Positions 22,401 through 32,222 of a DNA stretch of 64,000 bases are shown here, one piece after another. A model generated the notes under the pieces. That model did not search any database and was not told the origin of the DNA. It saw only the letters and a program-made list of their open reading frames with translations. Location: positions 416,001 through 480,000 of the forward strand of contig CBDBLO010000002.1 in assembly GCA_965207075.1 (NCBI GenBank), given 5' to 3'. Each line of letters begins with the position of its first letter. Within the stretch, counting starts at the first letter, position 1. The stretch comes from Nitrosopumilus sp. Its GTDB lineage: Archaea; Thermoproteota; Nitrososphaeria; Nitrososphaerales; Nitrosopumilaceae. Made by a program: the position numbers and the translations under genes.

Positions 22401-22694
22401 ACGGTTCGTCTTTGGTGATATGAGAAGACGTATGACATGATCTGGATTGTCACTCTTCTCGATCTTTGCAAAGTAGTCCATTATGGCGGCAAATCCTGAT
22501 ATGAAAAAGTACCCCACTGCTATGCTGGCCCGTGTCGTATTTGGAAGGTGGAGTTTTAGTTGATCTAGGAGCACGACGTTTTCGTTGTCTATGACGCTCT
22601 CGTTTGACAATGCTATGTGTCTATGCTGTGGGTTTATCTGTTTTTTGAACGTGTAAAACACAGCCTGTTCACTATGGTTCGTGGCAGAAGTCAT
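19389..22694 (-). CDS. PLD-nuclease plus SF2 (SNF2-like) helicase; last 18 aa are IS-derived
   Basis: LHAKAY...GSSNLS (PLD); ADVVGTGKS, DESH, LTATP, STDVLSEGVNLQ, QRVGRIDR. Confidence 0.92.
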   Translation of the reverse strand: MTSATNHSEQAVFYTFKKQINPQHRHIALSNESVIDNENVVLLDQLKLHLPNTTRASIAVGYFFISGFAAIMDYFAKIEKSDNPDHVIRLLISPKTNRPTAEALLANNESFDDVKRKVATDDVGGQTTVSKQVRDSLGHMPQTEQDRRAVLKLADLMRRGKLQVRVYTKVQLHAKAYIFEMDNPALPRFSIVGSSNLSISGIREHTELNLRTNVDNDTEKLLEWFERHWEEAKEFTEEMASEMRDSWVNDRRPIDIYRKAVMHEYGSLPDDVIGGVEARHLFEFQRMAVLKSVKMLEEYGGVIVADVVGTGKSYIGSMILKYLKETKRAKPLIICPPHLIDMWREYMRLFDIYAEVVSRYKIGMDDNILSRYTNCDVILVDESHNFRNKTHAYDALHAFMEQQSDDSAIIMLTATPISNGVTDLKNQLNLFPAERIRDIPPLGNTSLDEYFKGSEQDHRLTEEGEERIRELLRHILIRRTRRQIREKYAKRDGKRHYLELESGERRYFPERNLTTPRQYDIDKVYLSSFEAMLGHIENLTMARYSPGDYIKEEYQNTTHPEYKKYNDLANRMKSLIGMVRCGLLKRMESSIAAFAASATNYQKGSQEFLDLLKKGIVPIGKDYQDAIYKSIMYDDDEYDLEKLGESDYSIDAFDVARWRADLVHDIGEFGKILNYLPAMADYHKFDDKFDSLLEVIRVKDEKILLFTESRVTAEYLYGRIKEAIPDIRIGQIDSHKSSAEKREMVGRFDPENNNAQFAPEEELNILVSTDVLSEGVNLQAGRTVINYDFHWNPVRLIQRVGRIDRIGSKHETVDIVNFLPTTQVESRLGLRERVASKISTIRRIIGHDQTILEPSEKIDEDAVIDIYAGVEDVLDMDSEGILDMVQTTAELDAEAIQNDEALRRRITSLPLGIKSSVGDGRMLVACEADELLLLNGGVIDTKTLRRYYMVSGDNVQKMVASSFLAKLGETKVGIAKEAEGPQHDGFIRDAWVKFTRDMKNEQARIRTTKLQTYFEKRLNRIAEDVELGRRAKLLLPRMGRMMVRNKQPYTALHNLRKRINSDNLNDAQILGELEVILKEEYRYGAVQIRQRKNDKKLKDQN

Positions 22695-22888
22695 GATGCT
22701 AAATTTGAACCAGCATGTTTTTCTATGCGATGTGCATGACGTTTTTATGGATGTACTGAACTTGTCTACGGGAAAGAAAGATCTAGATTATGGCAGCGCT
22801 CACTCGCGAGTTTACTGCTTTCCAGGATCTGGAAAGACAGACCATGAGTAGTAGGATGGACTACTGATCAAAAACGGAGAAGTGTACA

Positions 22889-25108
22889 ATGATTAGTAAA
22901 AACCAAGCCAAACAAATCGTTGATGATTTACGACAGCAGCGCAAGCTTCAGACTGATGAAATTTTAAAACATCTCGAAAAAGCACATATAGCAAAATCAA
23001 GTGATGTACTTAAAATTATTGATGCAATGTTGAGCTATGGCGATTATTTTATTTACTTTATTGTTAACAATCTTTCTGTTTATTCAGCTCCGAATAATCA
23101 ATTTGTTCGTATTATAAGAAAACTGTCAAAATTAAAACAATTTGAAAATGGGATCTATAATTTACGAACATTGTATAGACGTGATCCAAAATCTGCCGAC
23201 TTTATCTATGAAAAACTACAAAAAATAGATGAGTATGAGATAGCACTGGTCACAGGATCTGTTCTTGGTGGAAAGGGGCAAATTAATCCCGACTTTTTAT
23301 GGAAGGTTATTGATAACAACACGAAACCTACAATAAATGATAAGATTTCTTACACACGTGCGATTGAAATTGTAGCTCAAGAAAATAGTGTGCCCGGCAG
23401 ATTCGTGGATCAGCTTGTTTCGTATATGGATGATGATAATATAAACCTCAGGCGGCATGTAGTTCAAACTTTAATTATTCGATTTAACAACCTAAAAAAG
23501 ATTGAAAAATTTATTATCTCTATTATAAAACAAAATGACGCTAACAAGAGACTTGTCCTGGGCTATCTTTTCCCCGTTACAAACAAACCTGAGAAATTCT
23601 GTCTTAAGATTCTCCAATCGTGTGCCAACACCGATGACAATCAGATCATTGGGATGGTGGCATTCAACTTCGCCTATCTAGCACCAGACCATCCAATTGA
23701 ATCCTTGAGGATATTAAGACGATGGTGTAAAAAACAAGGATTCTTTATGGGACATTCTGAATATATGGCCTCTCAAATGGGAACGAAAAACATCCACAAG
23801 ATATCAACACTGTTACTTGCGTGGATAAGGACAGAAAAGAATGGTATCACACTCCAGTTTCATCTACCTGCTATAATTCGTGAGGCATATCGTGATAACG
23901 ACCCAGAGTTAATGAACTTAATTTTAAAAATTGACTATACTCAGAAGAAAAAGGCAATTCTTATTATCAAAATCGTTGAAACCGTACTTTCACAAGGTTT
24001 CCATCAAGTAGTGCGAAGTGACAGCTTTCTTGCCACTTGTAATAGAATTCTGCATAAGATTGCTGAACATCAGAATCTTGAAATATGTATAGATCGCAGT
24101 TTGAAAAATCCTGTAATACAAACACTTGATCTAGTTGATAAAGTCAGATTTGGCCAAAAGAAAAAGAACCCCGATGAAATAAAAAACAATCTAGAATACT
24201 TCCCAACCATTATGCAGTTTTTTGGCCGACGCAAGCTTCATAAATTGATAGAAAACAAACCGTGTCACCCATTTGTCCAAATTCTGACACGATCTCGGGT
24301 TTCAAAAACATTGGTAAAAAAAATTTTGCGCAGAATAAACAATCGAAAAACGTCTTGGGAGAAGGCCATGATGCTTCATGCACTTCAATCAAAGTTTTTT
24401 CCTACATCATTATTGAGTGACATGGAATTCTCTCTTTCTTTGCTAGGTAAAGACGAGCGAGGAGTTGTGCGGCTACGTAGTGGACTGTTGAATGAAAGTG
24501 ATTTCTTTCCAACTCTGGCTGAACTGAATGTGTATGCACGGTTCAAGAAAAAATATCCAACAAAACTACAACCTCCTGTAGGTAATAACGAACTAGATGT
24601 GGAAGTTACAATTGATGGAGTTGTCTATCTGTTCGAAGTCTTTGCTCCCAAAAATAACGTTGAGGTGGAGTATGTGCGAGCTGCACACACAGTAGATAAC
24701 AAAGCTAAGAAACGTATTATTGAAAAATTAGAAAGACAGATAAAAAATGCAGCCGGCTCCACTCATCCTGTACTTTTGATCATAGATAAAAGCATGGCTC
24801 ACACCGTTGATTATGATAATATAATTGATTCTCTCTATGGGACGTATCAATATACGATAGAAATGAACAAACAGAGCGGAGCAATAGAAAATGAATACAG
24901 TTCTAGAAAAAGTGATTCCATTTCAGATGTATCTCTCTACGGAAAAATAATAAGTGCAATAATTCTTCTACACAGAGACATGAGCTACGACGATTACAGC
25001 ATGATACTTTCAGGACAACTTTTCCCAAATCCTAATGCTACAATTCCTTTAAGCCAGACTTCAATACAAAAAATTACAAATGTATTATTTAAAAAAATAA
25101 CTGTCTAG
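22889..25108 (+). CDS. Large low-GC protein: helical-repeat N-terminus plus putative PD-(D/E)XK-like C-terminus
   Basis: 739-aa AT-rich ORF; HEAT-like LVSYMDDDNINLRRHVVQTL; LAEL...ELDVEV...LFEV motif. Confidence 0.7.
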   Translation: MISKNQAKQIVDDLRQQRKLQTDEILKHLEKAHIAKSSDVLKIIDAMLSYGDYFIYFIVNNLSVYSAPNNQFVRIIRKLSKLKQFENGIYNLRTLYRRDPKSADFIYEKLQKIDEYEIALVTGSVLGGKGQINPDFLWKVIDNNTKPTINDKISYTRAIEIVAQENSVPGRFVDQLVSYMDDDNINLRRHVVQTLIIRFNNLKKIEKFIISIIKQNDANKRLVLGYLFPVTNKPEKFCLKILQSCANTDDNQIIGMVAFNFAYLAPDHPIESLRILRRWCKKQGFFMGHSEYMASQMGTKNIHKISTLLLAWIRTEKNGITLQFHLPAIIREAYRDNDPELMNLILKIDYTQKKKAILIIKIVETVLSQGFHQVVRSDSFLATCNRILHKIAEHQNLEICIDRSLKNPVIQTLDLVDKVRFGQKKKNPDEIKNNLEYFPTIMQFFGRRKLHKLIENKPCHPFVQILTRSRVSKTLVKKILRRINNRKTSWEKAMMLHALQSKFFPTSLLSDMEFSLSLLGKDERGVVRLRSGLLNESDFFPTLAELNVYARFKKKYPTKLQPPVGNNELDVEVTIDGVVYLFEVFAPKNNVEVEYVRAAHTVDNKAKKRIIEKLERQIKNAAGSTHPVLLIIDKSMAHTVDYDNIIDSLYGTYQYTIEMNKQSGAIENEYSSRKSDSISDVSLYGKIISAIILLHRDMSYDDYSMILSGQLFPNPNATIPLSQTSIQKITNVLFKKITV

Positions 25109-25144
25109 TCACTTAAAAACAAAAAACAAACTACATACGAAAGT

Positions 25145-25345
25145 AATATCCAGATCCGTATGTGCTATACATTCCATACCTGTGTGACTTAAAACCATAA
25201 TCCAACTCAGAGCGAATTTTGGATGCAATATATCATCTTCTGTATCCATGCCTGGTCTTCGATGGTCCTGTGCTCTGTCTCATCCTCACCTCTTAATCGC
25301 TCCAATACGTACATGACTTGGTTTTTCAATATTGATACATAGTCT
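25145..25345 (-). pseudogene. Possible SocA/Panacea-like antitoxin remnant
   Basis: WIQKMIY and, after a frameshift, LDYGFKSHRYGMYS resemble the QKL.Y...YGPYS pattern. Confidence 0.3.
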
Positions 25346-25724
25346 ATCCACTACATGCTTTTGTTAACCCCCGCATGCTGTCAGATGTTATATTCGACTC
25401 ATCTATCAGACTGTTCTGATGCGCACATGCTGTCAAATCCCGCGCGACAGGGTCTGACAGGTAGTTACCTCCTGCCCCCGGCTTGGGCACAAATTCCACT
25501 ACCCGTCCATGTGAAGTCTGAGGAGATGTGTTTATCATCCTGCTCGCGTCCCCGACACGCTAAGGGGGATTATCATGTATACACGAGTGTTGTCGATTTT
25601 TGAAGCTCAAGTCGCCCATAACACATCTACGACACCACAGTCAAACAATTTCTCAGCGCGCTCACAGGATTGCTTGCGTAGCACAGGAGCTAACTAGAAA
25701 TACTGAGCATCGTACACGAATCGC

Positions 25725-27080
25725 ATGAAAGAGGGAGTGGTTAGAATTCATGCCGAAAACTTCAAGAGCCTGAAGGACTTTACAATCGACTTTAAAAAGT
25801 TTAATGTGCTGATTGGAACCAACGGTTCTGGAAAAACCAACGTGCTTGAGCTGTTTAAGTTTGCTAATCTATGTATCAATCCAGACCGAATTCCCACATA
25901 TCCATTTAGATCATGGTCAGGATTCAAAAATATTGTATGGTCTGGTGACCCGAACCAAGTGATTCGTCTCCAAGTTAGTCACTCAATAGAAAAGTATGAC
26001 TTTGATTACAAGGTAACTATTGGCGATTCAGGGGGCACTCCTGAATTTTTGGATGAGGAATTAAACATTTCAAATTATTTACGTGTTTTGCGTAACGCTC
26101 AATCTCTCAAATACGAGCTTGATTCCAAGTTCTTGGACACGATAAAACCTATGCTATCCGCAACCCCACTCGTTAGTGACTTCGTGGATGATTTACCAGA
26201 GTCACCCTGGATCGAGGAAATAGATAATTTTATCACAATTCCAAATATAATTCGAGCATTACATGTCCGTCCCATAGAAATATATGCGCGATCAAGAAGA
26301 TCAATGTCACGCTCATCACCACATGACTCCAATTCGTCGAGTTATGATATTGATGATGTCGGATTCGCAATGGAGTATTTTGAAAGTATAGGTAAGCGAC
26401 TTTTGATTCCGTCCGTTAGGATTGGTGGTGACGACAACAAAGACTTTATCCACGAGCACGCCACTAGTTTCTTGGCGGGACGACATTCCATGATTCTACT
26501 GCGACAGTTAAACTATACGGCCATCCGAGAGTCGCGGTCAGTCGAAGATTCCGATGAATTGGGGGAAGACGGTGTTGGACTAATTGGCAAGCTGTTCCGC
26601 TGGTATAATAGAAACAATCAACTACCTGAGCGTTTTACTTTTGCGCTTGAAAACCTATTTCCTGGCTGGCAGATCAATTTTGATGTAACTGGAGATGGGC
26701 GGATATTGCTAAACGTATATGATGGCAACATGGCTTTGTCCCCATCATCAATTCCAGACGGCTTTTACAAACTACTTGCAATACTCGCAGCCGTGGAAAT
26801 AGGACCAAAATTCTTGCTAATAGACGAAGTAGATACGTCCCTGCATGCGGAAATTATCGACTACGTTCTCAGTGAGCTTCGTACTTGTGAATCACATGTA
26901 ATTATTACCACGCATTCTCCACTGGTAATAGATGCAGTTAAACTTGCAGACGTTGTAATTCTTAAAAGAACTAAATCCGGTACCACGTGTCAAAGGATTG
27001 AAAATACTGATAGCATGCAAAAAGAATTGCGCGATCAAGGACTTACGCTAAGCGAAAGCTGGATATATGGTGGATCATGA
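25725..27080 (+). CDS. ABC-type (AAA_21-like) ATPase
   Basis: ENFKSL, GTNGSGKTN Walker A, PDG signature, LLIDEVDTSLH Walker B, ITTHSP. Confidence 0.9.
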   Translation: MKEGVVRIHAENFKSLKDFTIDFKKFNVLIGTNGSGKTNVLELFKFANLCINPDRIPTYPFRSWSGFKNIVWSGDPNQVIRLQVSHSIEKYDFDYKVTIGDSGGTPEFLDEELNISNYLRVLRNAQSLKYELDSKFLDTIKPMLSATPLVSDFVDDLPESPWIEEIDNFITIPNIIRALHVRPIEIYARSRRSMSRSSPHDSNSSSYDIDDVGFAMEYFESIGKRLLIPSVRIGGDDNKDFIHEHATSFLAGRHSMILLRQLNYTAIRESRSVEDSDELGEDGVGLIGKLFRWYNRNNQLPERFTFALENLFPGWQINFDVTGDGRILLNVYDGNMALSPSSIPDGFYKLLAILAAVEIGPKFLLIDEVDTSLHAEIIDYVLSELRTCESHVIITTHSPLVIDAVKLADVVILKRTKSGTTCQRIENTDSMQKELRDQGLTLSESWIYGGS

Positions 27081-27559
27081 AGTATTATTTTATTGTGGAA
27101 GATGATTTTGGTCCACAGTTTATCAAAGCGCTATTTAGAAAAAAGTCAGATGAAGGTATATTTTCTGGTATGTTGGTTAAAGCAAAACAATATTCGATCG
27201 GTCCCAAAATGTCGCGAATAGCTAAAGCTGCAACGCGTAACGCTGATCGTATAGTCATCTTAATGGATGCAGACGGCAAGCCTCATAAGGAATGGACTCG
27301 TCATATAGAATCATTTCTTTCTGATGTTGATATGAATTATGTTCGTATTGTGCTGTTGGATCATGAGATAGAAGAATGGATTTGCCATTCACAGGGGATT
27401 AAGTTTGATGAAAAACCTTCCAAGATCTTGAAAGCCAGCATATCATACAAAAAAAATCAACTTCCAAAGTATGCTTTAAAACTAGACTGTGAAAAATTAA
27501 AAACCTGTTCTAGTTTCGAGCGTCTGATGCTTGCACTTAGATCCGACGATCGTATATAG
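27077..27559 (+). CDS. Putative TOPRIM-like partner (DUF4276-like)
   Basis: ATGA overlap with the ATPase; IVEDD, LMDAD, EIEEW, C.SF motifs. Confidence 0.7.
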   Translation: MKYYFIVEDDFGPQFIKALFRKKSDEGIFSGMLVKAKQYSIGPKMSRIAKAATRNADRIVILMDADGKPHKEWTRHIESFLSDVDMNYVRIVLLDHEIEEWICHSQGIKFDEKPSKILKASISYKKNQLPKYALKLDCEKLKTCSSFERLMLALRSDDRI

Positions 27560-27606
27560 TATTATTCGCTGAGCAAAACGGCGCTCAAAATTTTATACAT
27601 ATTCAT

Positions 27607-28714
27607 CTAGAGTGACGATCATTGAAAATTTCGCTTCACACACAACGGTACAAGAACCTGTAGATGTCGAGTCGGATTGGGCACGTCCTGAAATATTCGG
27701 ACACCGCATGTGTCAGATCCTCCCGTGTCTCGTAGTGCTCTGAGGTGACAAGCCTGTACTTTGCATCCTTCCAGACGGACTCGACTGCGCTGAGCTTCGG
27801 CGTCGCGGTGGGCAGGTACAGTATCTCCACCCCGTCGTGTTCTCTCAGATATCTTTTCACATCCCTGTGCTTGTGCTGGCTTGCGTTGTCCGTACGAGGA
27901 GGACCCTGCCCCACTTGCGGCGCACCTTCCTGAGATAACGCACGAACGTCGGACCGTCAAACCTTTCATACTGCCGCATCAGCTTGGTTCCATCCTCTGT
28001 AAGCGCGCCAAATACGACGGTCCGGTTCCTCCTACCGTGCTAGCTGACAGCCACGGGATCCTCGACGCGCGACCACAGCTTCCTTCCGTTGTCCCCGTTC
28101 TGAGAAATATGGACTCATCCTGCACCACGATCGTCAATCCGCGCCTTTTTGCACCGGATATCGTGCCTGCGGCGTCGGTCTGTCACTGCCTTACCGTGTC
28201 GTCGTCGGCAGCCGAGGCGTACAGGGTGGTCGATCTCTTGTATGAGAACACGAGGTGTCGCAGGATCCTGCGCACGTTGCACAGGCTGTACCGGATGCGC
28301 ATTCTGCCGCGTATCCAGTTCCGCAGCTTTCTCGGGGTGAGCATGTTCCTGCCTGCAAGGCTGTCGGCCAGCCTCCTGATCCGCCCGTACCTTGCGCGTG
28401 AAGCCCTGCCCCTCCCGGGAGCGTCCCGGAGGCCACCGATGCCGCCCTCGTTGAACCGAGCAACCCACAGTTGCACCGTTAGCTGGCCACGTCTGCAAAA
28501 TCAGACGCGGTCCTTGTCGAGTGGCCATTGAGCACGCCTAGGACCGCCATCATCCTGTTACGGATCCTGATGTCCCTCTCTGCACGCATGGCCTCCTTCA
28601 GCTCCCGGATCTTCTTCTTGTTCTCGATCATGGACGGTTCGGCGATCCATCGATCAATAAGCTTTTCTGCGGTTGTCCATCATGAGGCGAAATTTTCAAT
28701 GAGCGTTACTCTAG
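27607..28714 (-). mobile_element. IS630-family element with frameshifted transposase
   Basis: TIRs CTAGAGTRACGMTCATTGAAAATTTCGC; DNASQH, YLPTATPKLSAVESVW fragments. Confidence 0.9.
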
Positions 28715-29065
28715 TTGCATCTCTTGCACTTGTGGACGACCTTTTTGTTGGTAGCATCGTCATTCTCAAACCTCTTATTCCAATACCGCGTCCTGTACCG
28801 CTTTACCCTGCGCTCAAACCGCTTTACCCTGCGCTCAAACCGCTTCCGGAACGCCTCGTCAGTGTTGAGGCGTTCTTAGTATGCATCGGCCATGGGGAAG
28901 GCCACGACTGCATGTGGGTAAGGGCCATGTCCGGGGGTATGTGGTACCGTCTCACAAAGAATCTTAGCAGACGCTCTGTTCCCTCAAAGTCCGACTTCTC
29001 TTCTTTATTCATGACTGCCATGACTGCCGTCGTATTTATGACTGCGGGATCGTCAGACACGCTGA

Positions 29066-29320
29066 TCAGTCACGATCAAGTACAAACTGGAGTTCTGGAT
29101 GATCGTTTTCCACTTGTTGTGTCCCTCCGTTGAGATGCCTGCGGCCTCGGTGGAGAGTCTTGTTCTTTATGGCATTGTGCTTGCGGACGCGGTTGTAGTG
29201 AACCTTCATGCCCTTGAATACCGCCGTGTCCGTGTTGCTTAGGCCGCGAAAGGTCTTTTCACTGTCGCGGACAGTTCCGTTGAACCGTTCCATCTTATTG
29301 TTTGACGGGTGGTAGTTACC
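29066..29320 (-). pseudogene. IS6-family transposase 3' fragment
   Basis: NNKMERFNGTVRD.EK.FRGL...YN.VR.H. Confidence 0.75.
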
Positions 29321-29430
29321 GGTGCTGCGCCGCCGGCCGTAAACGCGCGGCCCGCCAAACGGCCATACCGGAGTGGGCAAAGATCAGCGCCGGGTGGTGG
29401 GCCGAAGGCGCGCTGGACGACGGCGCGTTC

Positions 29431-29709
29431 CTACAGTCTATACAGTATCTGATCGACTAGGGAGTCATCCAGATCCCAGCAACGGAGGCCGGGGGTGCCG
29501 AGGGCGCGGACAAGATACCGACATGGGTGAGGACCAGCGCCGGGTGGTGGGCTGAAGGCGCCATTGACGATGACACGTTCGTGCGGTCCATACAGTTCCT
29601 CGTACAGAGCGGGGTCATAGTCGTCGTTGAGTCCGAATGATGGCGACGGACGCTGTCCGAGGACCATGGATGTACTGTTCGAGCGGTTTAACCTCCCCTT
29701 GACGTACAA
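29431..29709 (-). CDS. Hypothetical protein, probably degenerate; ~40-bp segment repeated at a 150-bp offset
   Basis: AFSPPPGA, with AFGPPPGA repeated after the stop codon. Confidence 0.3.
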   Translation of the reverse strand: MYVKGRLNRSNSTSMVLGQRPSPSFGLNDDYDPALYEELYGPHERVIVNGAFSPPPGAGPHPCRYLVRALGTPGLRCWDLDDSLVDQILYRL

Positions 29710-29823
29710 TCAGGGAATAACACTCGGCCGTGGAAAAGCCGACTTGGTGGATTCAAAGTCGACAAAGTCTACAACATTGTAGACTCTTGTGCCTGCCTAC
29801 CTGCTTGCCTACCTGTCTGCCAA

Positions 29824-29859
29824 GTCGACAAAGTCGTCAGTGCTGACGACTTTGTCGAC
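29824..29859. repeat. Perfect inverted repeat, 17-bp arms with 2-nt spacer
   Basis: GTCGACAAAGTCGTCAG-TG-CTGACGACTTTGTCGAC. Confidence 0.95.
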
Positions 29860-29863
29860 ACCT

Positions 29864-29992
29864 GCGCCCGGAGCCCCCCTGGAGTCAGCGGAGCCGACTG
29901 AGCCTAGCGCCCGGAGCCCCCCTGGAGTCAGCGGAGCCGACTGAGCCTAGCGCCCGGAGCCCCCCTGGAGTCAGCGGAGCCGACTGAGCCTA
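29864..29992. repeat. 43-bp tandem repeat x3
   Basis: Identical units start at 29864, 29907 and 29950. Confidence 0.95.
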
Positions 29993-30713
29993 CAAGATGG
30001 ACAGGTGCCCGCCTTGGGCGGAGCCCAGGGTGGGCCTCTGGACATGCCCGCGACGTCTCGTGTTCTGGACGGCTGACGGTGGTAGGATCACGGATGCCTT
30101 GGGAAGCCTGCGCCGGGAACGGAGTTGGAACGATCCGATCCAGAACGTACCCGGGCGCGAAGTGCGTGTCACCATAGCGCGATCGGCGTACGTTGGGAGA
30201 ATTGACCGGTGAATTTTGGCGCTTCCGGGCGAGTTTGAGCAAGGATCTGGAGCTTGCCAAAAGGTACATCGGGGCAGCTGCTGGATGCCGCGAAATGACG
30301 GCGCGACATACAGGTGGCGCGCCGTAGATGCAGAAGGAGTGTTGGTGTGATGCCGTTGACTTGCCCGACCCGGATAGTTGGCGCGCGATGACGTTGAATG
30401 ACAACCGCGCGTCGGGAAGAGTGGAAGTTGTGGGATACCTGAGAAATTGACAGTTGAGCGCAGGGCGCCTGTTGGCTGAGGGGGACAACGGAGCGACCTC
30501 GGAGGGAACCGATGAGGTCGCGGGAAATGCTTCCATCACCACAACGCGCAACATTGCGCCGATCCCGCGGGCGCTCACGATGAATGCCAGCTTGGAGAGT
30601 GAGCGCGCGGCGCTTCAAGATGATCCCTCCGTGTGGAATGTGTCGGGGAAGATCTGGCTGTCGTTCAGGTATTGTTCTATGTGCGAAGGGGGTAGCAGAT
30701 AAATGCCATCAGC

Positions 30714-30841
30714 CCGCGAGCGCGCTTCACATGCTTAGCGCGCGTGCCGCGAGCGCGCTTCACATGCTTAGCGCGCGTGCCGCGAGCGCGCTTCACATGC
30801 TTAGCGCGCGTGCCGCGAGCGCGCTTCACATGCTTAGCGCG
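30714..30841. repeat. 33-bp tandem array A, left part (~4 units)
   Basis: CCGCGAGCGCGCTTCACATGCTTAGCGCGCGTG at 30714, 30747, 30780, 30813. Confidence 0.95.
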
Positions 30842-30901
30842 TGGAGTGGACCCCCTGTTTTGGTACCATTTCTTGCTCCAAAATCCGAATGATTCCTGCC
30901 C

Positions 30902-31735
30902 TCATTTATTCGTCATCTCCCACAGTTCGACAAACTCTGCCGGTGTCATGTACCCGATAGAGGAGTGTATCCGCTCTTTGTTGTAGTCGGCAATGGCTTC
31001 TGCAATGATCTTCTCTGCCTCCTGGTAATTGGCAAACTCATGCGGCCAGATGTACTCCTTTTTGAGGGTCTTGTGGAACGACTCGACGTGCCCGTTCTGC
31101 TCCGGTGTGTTCTTCCAGATGAACTCGTGCTTGCCGATGCCCAGGGCCCGGACCGCGCGCCTGAAGTCTCGGCTCGCGTACTGGTTGCCGTTGTCAGTGC
31201 GCAGCCGCAGCCTGGAGCAGTCGGGCCTTTCCGCGGCGACCGCGTTTGTGATCGAGTCGATTGCCACGTCCCTCGTGGCATGGACGTCAAACGCGTACGC
31301 GATCCACTTGCGCGTAAAGCAGTCTATCACGTTGAAACAGTAGCACCAGCCGTCAATGCCGCACCAGACGTACGTGATGTCAGTCTCCCACAGCCGGTTC
31401 GGGGCCTCTGGCTTGAAGAGCCTGCGGCCTGCCCGGATGATGTCGTTTTTCGTCTTTTGCGGCTGGATGTAGCCTATCCTGCGGTATATCCGCTGCACTT
31501 TCTTGCGGTTTGTGGACACGCCGGTCTCGCGGGCCACCTGGGCCGCCATTCTTCTGGTTCCATACGTGGGACGCCTGGCCGCAATGCGCCTGACCACCCG
31601 GACGGCGTCCGCGTCCACCGGGACGTTCCTTGGACGCGCAGTGTAATACCATGCCTGCTTGGACATGCCGCAGTATCCCAGCGCCCTGTTGAGGCTCATA
31701 TATTTCGCTGCCTTGGTGACTGCCTCCATCCTCAT
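30902..31735 (-). CDS. IS3 transposase OrfB
   Basis: YGTRRM, W.TDITY, IDCFTR, TDNG.QY, N..VESFH.TLKKE, YN..R.HSS. Confidence 0.93.
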   Translation of the reverse strand: MRMEAVTKAAKYMSLNRALGYCGMSKQAWYYTARPRNVPVDADAVRVVRRIAARRPTYGTRRMAAQVARETGVSTNRKKVQRIYRRIGYIQPQKTKNDIIRAGRRLFKPEAPNRLWETDITYVWCGIDGWCYCFNVIDCFTRKWIAYAFDVHATRDVAIDSITNAVAAERPDCSRLRLRTDNGNQYASRDFRRAVRALGIGKHEFIWKNTPEQNGHVESFHKTLKKEYIWPHEFANYQEAEKIIAEAIADYNKERIHSSIGYMTPAEFVELWEMTNK

Positions 31736-32046
31736 CTTTTTGCCCCCTCCAAAGTTTTTTTTAAAACGTCGTTGGCTATGGTGATCTCTGCGATTATGCG
31801 CTTGAGGTGTTCAATCTCCCGGACGTGGCTCTTGTCAACGTCCCCGTGGCTGGCAAGCGCCTGCTTGCCACCCTGCAGGAACTTGTCCTTCCAGTCCTGG
31901 AAGGTCGCAGGGGAGACATTGTGCTTGCGGCACAGCTCGGCGGCAGATATGCGGGTGGTAAAAAACTCCACCACCGCGTCGGCCTTGTCTTGCGGGCTGC
32001 GTCTCTTGCTCATGCCCCTGCTGCCGCCTCCTGCACCCTTAAGCAT
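31732..32046 (-). CDS. IS3 transposase OrfA
   Basis: AELCRKHNVSPATFQDWK HTH; A8 slippery run near its end. Confidence 0.9.
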   Translation of the reverse strand: MLKGAGGGSRGMSKRRSPQDKADAVVEFFTTRISAAELCRKHNVSPATFQDWKDKFLQGGKQALASHGDVDKSHVREIEHLKRIIAEITIANDVLKKTLEGAKR

Positions 32047-32085
32047 TCGGTTTTGATCGGTCTCACTTTAGCGGGGTCCAGCCCA

Positions 32086-32222
32086 CGCGCGTGCCGCGAG
32101 CGCGCTTCACATGCTTAGCGCGCGTGCCGCGAGCGCGCTTCACATGCTTAGCGCGCGTGCCGCGAGCGCGCTTCACATGCTTAGCGCGCGTGCCGCGAGC
32201 GCGCTTCACATGCTTAGCGCGC
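32086..32222. repeat. 33-bp tandem array A, right part (~4 units)
   Basis: Same unit at 32094, 32127, 32160, 32193. Confidence 0.95.

Larger units (their letters stand above)
30842..32085 (-). mobile_element. IS3-family element inserted into array A
   Basis: TG...CA ends TGGAGTGGACCCC / TGGGCTGGACCCC; CGCG target duplication. Confidence 0.92.

Noticed and set aside
28798-28843. 21-bp tandem duplication (a similar one lies at 11503-11552)
   Set aside because: Two-copy slippage duplications with no further structure
29997-30702. Possible replication gene between the repeat clusters
   Set aside because: Only broken frames with stops and no recognisable motif; at most a pseudogene
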